DNA from: Eledone cirrhosa
Lineage: Eukaryota
Length of the DNA stretch: 64,000 nucleotides
NCBI GenBank assembly: GCA_964016885.1
Contig: OZ024743.1
Span: forward strand, 339,512,001 to 339,576,000
Direction of reading: 5' to 3'
This document shows, in pieces, positions 54,271 to 64,000 of the stretch. A program made the position numbers and the translations under genes. Position 1 is the stretch's first letter; every line of letters starts with the position of its first letter. The notes under the pieces were generated by a model. That model worked only from the letters and a program-made list of their open reading frames with translations. It did no database searches and was not told where the DNA came from.

Positions 54271-55902
54271 TGCTATTTGTTTGCTCATGGTTTTTGTTCA
54301 TTCACATTCTTTGCTGTTTTACATGCCTGCATATGCACACATTTTTTTTATCACATACCAACATGTTGTTCTTGGTATATGTTCTTCAAACGTAATATTC
54401 TGCGAGTCCCTTTTCACCTGGTTGAGATGCTGTCACATGCTAGCAGCTCACAGAGCTTAATCCACTGGATTCAAACAGGCACCGCAACACGAGAATACTA
54501 ATTGCAGCTGAACTCAAACAGCTTCGCATCTCGTTGCACACTAATCGTCCATGACGGCCATCCGTCTTGTTGTTTTTGCCCGACTCGCTGGGAAAGCAAC
54601 AAATTGAACTGGACTTGTCAATATTTCAGCCACTTCTGTGGATTCGCCCGAATTATGGAATTTACACTGCAGCCCACCTACAGATTAAACTTGCCTTTTT
54701 TTTTTCTTTACAAAGCAACCAGCCATTTTTTCCTGGCTCCACAGCACATTCGACAATACATCTGGGGGCCATCATTTTCTTGCCAGCACTGGTAAACTAC
54801 CATAATAGCTTCGTTCACAGCTACTGGTACAACGCTTACCATTAACATTTAATGCAAGAACAGCAACTTCGCCCATGTCAGACTTTATCTGTTTTCTGGT
54901 AGGCCCTTGAGGGTCTCGTTTAAACTACAAAACAGCTAGTCATTTGACAGCGGCTCAACACGGCCCGTCGCGCCTAATTTTTTTTGTTCTTGCATGAATC
55001 TTTCTGCTCAATTATTTTTTCACTGATGTGCTCTTTCAGCATTTGTTCTTGCTGATTCAATAATATGTGGGTCCTTGGTTTCTTCGTTATCGATTTTCGG
55101 CTGAAAATCTGGTCGGAGGTGATGTAGTGACCTACATTCCGCGGGCTCACATACATTCTCTGTGCGTGATTTGGCTCAGTTCAGCCAATCAGCGCCAGTA
55201 GAAGAGGATGTATCCCTACGCGCCCTGAGGAAGAAATTCCCCGCGAAGATTTGAAGAATCTCTCTCTTGTACCGGAAACTTCAAGCCAGCAACACGCATA
55301 ATGTAACGGTGAGATTTGCACCCTAGCCTCGCTGGCTTAACGGCACAATGGCACATTCCCTTTTGTAACCTCTTTTTATCTGTAACTTCAACCATATAAA
55401 TAAACAAACATTTCATCTCTAATTACTGCTGTTGAAATCATTATTATGTTACTCGTGTCTCAATAACATCTATAATCCATGCTGCTGGAATTGGCGACCT
55501 GACGAAAGGTATATTGTAAATAGATGGAAAATAGATCGAGGGACCTTCCCTCACGTCTATGTCAACAAGATAATCCAACGAGGATACTATCACTTACCAC
55601 ACCGACATCTCCTGACTACTCTATAACCAATACTTCTAAAACGTCATCAACCGAAATAACATTTTATTCATATGGGAATCACCGTCAACTTTGACGATAG
55701 AGCTCACAAGTATACTGAAAAAAAAAAGAAAAAAGAAAACATGGTTTTTTTTCTTCACATGCTCAGTTTATTTTAAATATTATTTGTTTACTTAATTTAA
55801 CTATTTATTTGTGGTATTTAAATGAATTGGCATCTTTCTCTGTTATATCTTTCTGTATCAAGAACTGTGACTTTATCTTCGTTCACTGGTTTGACAGAAG
55901 AC

Positions 55903-56170
55903 TTCTTCTTCTTCGACCACTCATTCCTGAGAGGCTCGCGGAGGCAAAGTCCTCAAACACTCCCTCCAGCGGGTCCTGTCAGAAGAAAACGTCTGCAATT
56001 GATCCGGCTGGGTCCCCAAGTGAGACCAGCCAAGCTCATGGATGTTGTACAACCATCTTGTTCGGGGTCTACCCCTGAGTTTCTTGCCGGTTGGTTTTGC
56101 CCGTAAAATCTGTCCAGCGGTTCTTTCCTGAGACATTCTAACGACATTTGATAGAAGTCGTTTCTTGAAA
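55903..56170 (-). mobile_element. RTE (BovB/Expander-like) 3' fragment with (GAA)n tail
   Basis: VVRMSQER...GKKLRGRPRTRW...DRTRWR. Homologous to ~59700-59895. Confidence 0.82.
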
Positions 56171-56304
56171 TCATTTTGAAACAAAACCTTTTCGATAGCA
56201 ATAACCGGCTGATACCATTAAACAAAGAAAGAGTTTTTGATGGACTAATTTTGTTAACAATGACTGGATGGTAACGTTATCTGTCATTACGACAACATCG
56301 AATA

Positions 56305-56408
56305 AAGTACTTTACGGTATTAGTTCCGACTCTCTTTGCTCTGAGTTCAAATTCCGCTGAACTCAACTTGGCCTTTCATCCTTTCGAAGTCGATAAAAAA
56401 GTACTAGT
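56305..56408 (+). mobile_element. Diverged tRNA-SINE fragment
   Basis: ctgagttcaaattccgc...gcctttcatcctttcga.gtcgataaaa..gtac matches the 11289 family. Confidence 0.7.
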
Positions 56409-56859
56409 TCTCTCCCCTCTCTCTTTATCTCTCTATCCCTCTCTCTCTCCTTCTCTGGAAGAAATGTAAAAAGAAAACGCCCTTTGTCACTACGGTACCC
56501 CTCCGACTCCACCAGGTGTATTGGTCCATTTATACATACTTATATAATTTGGCTTGTCATTTACCGATAATTACACTAACAATTATTTTCACACTGGATA
56601 CGTGAAGCATTATTTCGGGTACATCAGTAGGCACATGTTGGTTTCAGAATGTAACTAATTTTACCTTTTAGATGCTTTAAGCTTTATATCATCAGATTAT
56701 GAATGAATAATGAAAGAATTGGTATCTTGTTTAAACAGGTGTTTAAACAAATGTATGACAGTTTGACAGAATTTGTAAATGTTTGGTTACATTCTATATT
56801 TGTGTTTTACATGAGCTCAAAGCTAGACCTTTATAAGAAAAGGTGAAATGTGATGGACC

Positions 56860-57170
56860 TCCGTTGGTTTCGACGATGAATGTCAGTGTTCTTCGATCAA
56901 CAGATAAACCAGCTCGTGAAATCAACGTGTAAATGAGCAAACATTCTGCAGACACGTGAACCTTTAACGTACATCTCAGAGATACAAGGTAACATAATTT
57001 GTGTGTGATAAAACTTCAAAACAGTTTCCATCTACCCAATTTCAATCACAAGACTTTGGTCGACTCGAGGCTATAGTAAATGACACTTTCCCATGATGCT
57101 CCGCATTGTGATCGAACCCGGTACTTAATGATTGGGAAGCGAACTTCTTTACCATTTGACCATGCTGTAG
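56860..57170 (-). mobile_element. Decayed second tRNA-SINE family copy
   Basis: Minus strand: tggtcaaatggtaaag (A-box-like) ... ggttcgatcac (B-box-like). The left boundary is uncertain. Confidence 0.5.
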
Positions 57171-58212
57171 CCATGGAAGGGAAGGTACATGTCAATCAAA
57201 TAGATCTGAGAGTATGACTGTTATATTGTCAACCGATGAGGAATGAAGGTCTAACTCAAAACTTACTTAGATTGAACTAAACAATACTGTTTCTGAATGA
57301 ATTTGTTTGGATTATTTGTGTGTATATATGAATGTGTTTATGCGTGAGTGCGTCTCCATGAAACATTCTTTTATACATATACACCCAGTCCGAACACAAA
57401 AGAATCAAACTCCCACTGCCACTGTCTCCGTCCCTCCCGTTCTACCCATCTCTCACTATTATGAGCAAATGGGGACCGTTTTTTCTTTTTTCATATTGAC
57501 AGTTGTAAATTTATTTTTAGATGTTTAACTCTTAACACTGTAAATATTTAGCGGAAAAATATTGAAAAATAGATTTGTTAATTCAAATATTTACTGTTAA
57601 TTTAAATATTTAATAGTGGACAAATCGTTGTGAAAATTTGTATCATCAGAATATTAAGACTTCAATTCTAAATGTGATGCTGTCATAGTGCTGTTTTGTA
57701 TTTTTCAAGGATGTCATGGTTTCAGGTGGTACACAATGTTAAATGTTAAACTGAAAATTCGAAATCTGCTCCTGATGTCGCCTGCATTGAGATGGAATAG
57801 TATAACTCTCATTACTATATATCTTTGCGCAAGACGTTCAACGCTATCTGCCCCATTTATAGTTCTTTAGTCAATTGACTAAAGAACTACAGTCTTAAAG
57901 AACAAAAGTTAGTGGCTGCTAAAATACTTAACGAGCAGTGGAACCATTAGTTTATGGCAATGTGGATAAAAGAGAAAAGGTATTTGTGAGGGGTTTTTTG
58001 TGAGGGTTACAAATACAATAAGGGAATCTTGTTGAATATACCTGTCTTTATTTTATATAATATGTTAAGATTTGGCTGTTATTTCTAACATGTCGTGTGA
58101 TTTCGTAGACACTTCCTCATTGACTTGTGTATATGTTTGTTGTAGAGTGTAATATTATATAAGCGTTTGTGTGTTTGTATGTGTGTGTTTGTGTGTGTAT
58201 GTGTGTGTGTGT

Positions 58213-58261
<49 letters not shown>

Positions 58262-58619
58262 GTAGCACTATATGTACCTAGCCTCCAAGAAGTCAAATTT
58301 ATAGCATTGTTTTTTCGTTACGTAGACTCATTGACAAAATAACACGCACAATAAAATAAAAATATGAATTGTATGCTAATTTGTCACCAAAGTCGCCGAG
58401 GAAAATGTGAGGCATTTTCAACGTGAATCATTATGTTGAAAGGAAGTAAATTCTTATGGAAAAACGAACAAAACATTCTTAGCTAAAGTTTGAAGTTACC
58501 GTTCTGTGTTGCTTCTTTTCTAAATGGAAGCAGGAAAAAATTCTTTAGCTGACATAACGTTGTCACATTTGTGAATTCCGACTCTGTAAACTGTCTGCAC
58601 CTCATTTCACTGGCAACAG

Positions 58620-58692
58620 TGAATCACCATCATCATCCTTTTCACTATCATAATCTTCCTCCTCCTCCTCCTCGTCGTCGTCGTCGTCGTCG

Positions 58693-58732
<40 letters not shown>

Positions 58733-58743
58733 TCCCACCACCA

Positions 58744-58774
<31 letters not shown>

Positions 58775-58792
58775 CAACAACAACAACAACGT
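58620..58792. repeat. Compound trinucleotide microsatellite (CCT)(CGT)(CAT)(CAC)(CAA)
   Basis: Read directly. (GT)n(AGT)n also occurs at 58170-58262. Confidence 0.9.
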
Positions 58793-59204
58793 TAATAAAC
58801 CGATACTAACGACTGTTGCTTTTGATGTATGTTTTCTGAAGCTATTTTTCTTTTTTTTTGCGAAATAGAGACGTTAATTAGTATGCGATGTTCTTGAGAT
58901 ATCGTAATTACCAAAAAAAAAAAAGAAAAAACATTTTTAATATACCTTATTTCAGCGTGAGAAATACATGTTGAGAGTCTTCACTGATTAGTGTGGCTTG
59001 CCAAGTTTATAAAGTTGATAAGTCAACGGCCCGTGTCCTGACACCACCTCTGCTGTTACTAAATCATTTAAATCTCAGCGACCGTGTCCACTATGGCAAA
59101 GGTTGGCAAACGTTTCAATCTGAAGAGACATTTTTAGCTAAAAAAAAGAATAAAGGGATAAAATTGAGACTGTCATTGGAGGTGCATAATTTAGTGTAAA
59201 CAAG

Positions 59205-60063
59205 AATACATACATGAACAAGATTTATATGCGCAGCCGGGCTGGAAATGATATCATGACTGGAGGGTGTAAAATCAGTCGGCTGGGATTTGCAGACAAC
59301 ATGGTGTTACTTAACTCGATAGAAGGTGATCTCCGACATGCACTTGATAGGTTTGATGTAGAGTGCTGCATGGCTGGAATGAAAATTAGTTCTGCGAAAA
59401 CTGAGACACTCTTCCTCTCAAGGAAGCATGCGCAATGCACTCTACATGTGAATAGAGTTCCACTGAAGCAGGTAGACAAGTTAAAGTATCTCGTGGCCAT
59501 GTTCACGGTGATGGAAGGCAGGAGGCTGAATTAAGTGCAAGAATTGTAGGAGCTGGTGCAGTAATGCGCCAGCTTCAGCATTCAGTAATCAGAAGAAGGG
59601 AAGCCAAATTCAGTATCTTCAATTCGGTATTCGTACCAACCCTTACCTATGGACAAGAATCTTGAAAATTGACCGAAATAATACGATCGCTACGGGCACG
59701 TGATTAGAATGTCTCAGGAAAGAATCGCTGGACAGGAAACCCAGGGGTAGACTCCGACCAAGCTGACTGGATAACATCCATGAGCTTGGCTGGTCTTTCT
59801 TGGGGATCCAGCTGGATCAGTTGTAGACAAGTTGTTTCTGACAGGACCAGCTGGAAGGAGTGTTTCAGAGCTCTGCCTCCATGACCCTCTCAAGAAGAAG
59901 AAGAAGAAGAAGAAGAAGAAGAAGAAGAAGAAGAAGAAAAAGAAGAAGAAGAAGAAGAAGAAGAAGAAGAAGAAGAAGAAGAAGAAGAAGAAGAAGAAGA
60001 AGAAGAAGAAGAAGAAGAAGAAGAAGAAGAAGAAGAAGAAGAAGAAGAAGAAGAAGAAGAAGA
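59205..60063 (+). mobile_element. 5'-truncated decayed RTE LINE with expanded (GAA)n tail
   Basis: ISRLGFADNMVLL...GMKISSAKTE...LKQVDKLKYL, FVPTLTYGQES, GHVIRM. (GAA)n at 59893-60063. Confidence 0.85.
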
Positions 60064-60093
60064 ATTATTATTATTATTATTGTTATTGTTATT

Positions 60094-63000
60094 CCTTGAA
60101 TCTCAGTCATTGATGTTGGTTAACTGGAAAGTCCGTTGGATTGAATATCAAGCCACTACCTGCAGCCTCAGATATTCAGGACGTATCGGAGGGTTCTTGC
60201 CGTTCCAAGCAAGCATGCCTTTTGAAGCGTTCCAAAAAGCGTGAAGGGGCCGATTTTCTTTAACCATCCCTGGAAACCTTTGGAGATAGTCCCCAGTGCG
60301 CCTATGACAATCGGGATCACTTTGACTTCATGGCAGTTCCAAATCCTTTTCACCTCCCACTTTAGGTCCTGGTATCGGTTAATTTTCTCCCTCTCCTTCT
60401 CTTGCACTCTCGTGTCGAACGGGCAGGCCACATCCACAATCAGGCACGATCTTTTTTCTTTGTCCACAACCACCAGGTCAGGTCTATTGTGTTCCAGTTT
60501 TTTGTCCGTCTGTATCCTAAAATCCCACAGCACCTTCACCTGACTGTTCTCCATCACCGCCTCTGGCCTATGCTCATACCATTTCTCAGAATGTGGTAGA
60601 TTGTTTACTTTGCACAGGTGCCAGTGGATCACCCTGCCCATCACATCGTGTCTCCAGCCCTTATAGTGGGTCTGGGCTAGGTGTTTACACTCGGACACAA
60701 TGTGAGCCACAGTCTCCTCTCTCTCTCCACAGATCCTGCACAGTGGGCTAGCCTCCTCCTTGTAGATATGGTGCTTCAACCACTTCGTTTTGAGGGCCTG
60801 CTCCTGCGCAGCCATTAGCATTCCTTCTGTAGCCTTTTTGAGGTCTCCTCTTCTCAACCAGTTCCATGTCTGTGGATCTCTAAATTCAGTTTTCTCAAAG
60901 AAGGTACTATGAAGGGATTTTCCCTTAAGGCTGCTCTTCCTCCTTGATGTTATTTCCTCCTTGGACATCCCCTGGCCTACTGTCCCCTCCTTCAGTACAG
61001 TTCTGAGCATTGGCTCCTTACTATAGGTCACGTATTTGTATAGGTTGTTTTTCTCCATCTGAACACAGTCCTCTATGCTGATAAGACCTCTTCCACCCTC
61101 AGATCTCCTTAGGTAGAGTCTATCGACATCACTCCTCTTGTGGAACATGTTGTAGATAGTCAATAGCTTCCTAGTCTTCCTATCCATTTCTTTTTGTTCA
61201 GCAACATTCCATCTCAGAATTCCCGCACTGTACCTAATAATAGACACAGCTCGGGAATTTACTGCGCTTATGGCATTTCTGCTGTTCAGATGTGACTTCA
61301 ATACGCTCCTTACTCTCCGAATGTATTCAGTTCTTAACAATTCCTTCATTTTTTTGTTCTTTATGCCATCAGCCTCCAGAACGCCCAAATACTTGTATCC
61401 TTCCTCAGAGTCAATTTCCTTTATCATCTCACCTGTTGGTATCTGGATCCCGTTACTTCTGCTCAACCTACCCCTCTTCATCACAATGACTCCACATTTA
61501 CCAATACCAAACTGCATACATATATCACTGCTGAAAATACGGACAGTGTCAACAAGCACATCCAACTCCTTCTCACTTTTCCCGAAGAGCTTAAGATCGT
61601 CCATGAAGAGGAGGTGATTGATGGTAAGCTCTCCCCTTCCCAACTTGTATCCTGCTCTCACTTTTCGCAGCATAATGGTCAAGGGCATCAGGGCAAGGAC
61701 AAACAACAGAGGGGACAGGCTATCTCCCTGGAAGATACCTCTCTTGATCTTCACGCTTCCCAAGGATACTCCAGTTGATGTCAACTCTGTCTCCCAGGAC
61801 CCCATACTCCTGCCTAGCAACTGTCTGATGTTATCTGCCACCTTGAAGATCTCCAGGCTTTTGGTGATCCAGGAATGGGGCACCATGTCAAATGCCTTTC
61901 TGTAGTCTATCCATCCCATGGCAAGATCAGTGTGTCTCCTCCTGCAATTCCCCATTACCATCTTATCAATAAGTAACTGGTCCTTTGTACCACGTGACTT
62001 CTTTCGGCATCCTTTCTGTTCGTCCGGTAACAAGTTGTTTGTGTGGAGGTGATGGTAGATTTCCTCAGACATAATGCTCGTCAACAGTTTCCACATTACG
62101 GACAGACATGTGATAGGTCTATAGTTGGTAACATCATTACCCTTGATTCGGTCTTTCATTATCAGAACTGTGGTACCTTTTGTCAACCACTCTGGCACCT
62201 CACCCGACACCAAGCAGTCATTGAACATGGCCGTCAGCTTCGGGTGGAGGGATGTTAAATGTTTAATCCAATACCCCTGCACACCATCTGGGCCTGGTGA
62301 TTTCCAGTTGGTTAGTTTTTTGGCCTGCCCCTTAAGAGTTTCAACTGTGATACTCAACTCAGTTTGTTGATGTGCCTGCTCACCGATCTCCCTCTGTACT
62401 GTCTCAATCCACCCTGCCTGGGCATTGTGTCTAACATCCTGCTCCCATATTCCTCTCCAGAATGTTTTAGTTTGCTCCGCCCCAGGGATCAAGTCGTTGC
62501 CTCTTTCTTTCCCCTCAAGCTGTCCAAACAGCATCTTCTGGTTGTTGTCGAACATGCGGTTCTGTTTATACTGACTGACTCTGTTCTCGTATCGCCTGAT
62601 TTTTGCACTCTTTGCTACAATGCGTTGCTTCAGTTCCTCTATGATAATATTTAGCTTTTTACTCCTAGTTTTGTATTTTATTTCCAGTCTATTTTTAGTG
62701 CCTATGTTTTTTAGTGTCCCATTCAGTAGTGACTCAAGCTTTCCTATGTCATTTCTCATTTCCCCGATTTGCCCACTCAGTCGCTTCTTCCACCACGGCT
62801 CTGCTCTTTCTTGTCTGTTGTTTCCTCTCGCTTTTATACCAAGTAGTTTCCTCACCGTATTTGCTGTTGCTTTGAGGATATTGTTGCACTGGTGAAGGCT
62901 CCTCGCCTCAAGGTATGGGATGACTTTGTTTACCTTAGCTGTTGTTTCTTTTAACTTTTTCCTGTCTACAAATCTTAGGTTCATAGGTCTCCCACTATCA

Positions 63001-63640
63001 TTGTTCAATTCATCTACCACTAAATTTAGGATGTCAACCGAATCTTGTCCTAGCCCGTCAGCATTCATCTCCTCAGTGGCCGTATCTCTGTTCCAGGTAT
63101 TATTTATCTCAGTATTCAGATCATTGTCTGCTTCGGGTGGTTCCTCCGTTCTCAGGACCTCTTCACCTTCATTTCCCACTGGCTCGCTTGTCTGGCATAC
63201 TACACCCGCCATCTCCAAGCCATTCTCTCTGCTCAGTTCCTCCAGTTCCAGCTCGCTTATCCATCCATTAGTTCTGCCCGGCCAATTTTTGTTCATCTAA
63301 TTTAAATAAACCAATCTCGTTCCAGATGTTATGCATCCGTCTCCTGTAGCCCCTCTCCTTGGGGTTACTTTTCAGGTAACATTGCATAACAGTTCTATTC
63401 AATTCTTTCGTCCAGTTGGTTCTGGCCCCTTTCCTTCTTCTCCTTCCTCCAACATCAGCAGTATTTGGTTGACAGTCAGGTTCCTGCTGCTGAGCCAGGG
63501 GGCACCTGTTGGGTGAGAGTCTGTCACATGACGTTCTAGACTCCATTTCACCGTTATTCGAACTGTTTATGTTCGATATTTAAACACTCTTATCGAGGAT
63601 TGGCGAATGTATGGTTACATATCCATCTGTGGATCCGCCA
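60094..63640 (-). mobile_element. Full-length R4/Dong-clade non-LTR retrotransposon in (TAA)n
   Basis: Single RT+RLE frame, short UTRs, (ATT)n on both flanks (60064-60093 and 63640-63658). Confidence 0.93.
60168..63546 (-). pseudogene. R4/Dong RT plus CCHC and restriction-like endonuclease; one frameshift near 63270-63296
   Basis: NWKSPGPDG, YRPITCL, WIDYRKAFD.VPH, RGIFQGDSLSPLLF, HLLFMDDLKL, CRIC...ETVAHIVSEC, RHD, RPD, DVACP. The N-terminus (GYRRRM..IW, EQKLAGQ) is in ORF 63268-63546. Confidence 0.93.
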
Positions 63641-63658
63641 TATTATTATTATTATTAT

Positions 63659-64000
63659 TTGCATTTATCTTGCTTTATGTTTATACGAGTTATCACCAAG
63701 TCACAACCAGTGACCTCAAGAGACAACAAGGTCCGCCATGTTCAAGAAAGAGCACACATATTCACACATGCATCCTTAGTGTTTAGACTTGTGATGTACT
63801 TATATTGACAGGATCTTCCTTAGTATATGGGCAGTTCCCATTAGTACTATCTTTTGTATTTCTCCTATACGCGGGTTTCCTGGGATTTGCGATAAGTAGT
63901 CGTTAGACCCCTTAGGTATCATTCCCAGAGCGCCTACAACCACTGGTATTGTTTTAGTTCTCAATTTCCACATTTTTCCAATTTCTATCTCCAGGTCCTT
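63659..64000 (-). mobile_element. 3' end of a second, divergent R4/Dong element
   Basis: Minus strand: KDLEIEIGKMWKLRTKTIPVVVGALGMIPK...IQKIVLMGTAHILRKILSI* (stop at 63800), then 3'UTR ending in the shared (TAA)n. Confidence 0.88.

Noticed and set aside
57700-57750. Third exon candidate (tttttcaag|GATGTCATGGTTTCAG)
   Set aside because: Weak donor, and the frame hits a stop within 11 codons.
58571-58795. Poly-Pro/Arg/His/Gln ORF as a transcription-factor exon
   Set aside because: Compound trinucleotide microsatellite with no splice or domain support.
59832-60113. Poly-Lys/Arg/Leu ORFs
   Set aside because: (GAA)n tail of an RTE element.
63595-63640. GGCGGAT/ATTCGCC hairpin at the Dong 5' end as an HDV-like ribozyme
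   Set aside because: Only a P1-like helix is evident; P2, P1.1 and the catalytic C context were not found.

Overview
Eukaryotic, very AT-rich, repeat-dominated DNA, probably cephalopod (Octopus-like, inferred from the SINE and microsatellite content). No intact host gene is visible. 1-9379 is an 11-bp satellite with higher-order repeats. 9.4-41.3 kb is a sea of interrupted (TA)n packed with Penelope-like elements (PLEs): one near-complete Naiad-type copy, two 5'-truncated coding copies and several non-coding derivatives. This zone holds 13 recognisable minimal type I hammerhead ribozyme (HHR) motifs, one decayed HHR and four half-HHR fragments. Several HHRs have unusual features (U3-A8 core, C4 core, ~115-nt stem II domain), and several sit in short non-coding fold-back elements with one ribozyme on each strand. 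The zone also holds a non-autonomous Helitron, a full-length frameshifted RTE LINE and tRNA-derived SINEs. 41.3-64 kb contains CRE fragments, three stacked Tx1/L1 copies, a Gypsy integrase plus LTR remnant, RTE 3' ends and two tandem R4/Dong elements in (TAA)n. Two candidate plus-strand micro-exons suggest the window may be intronic. Most short ORFs in the track are microsatellite artefacts. All structures were read by eye, so boundaries are approximate.
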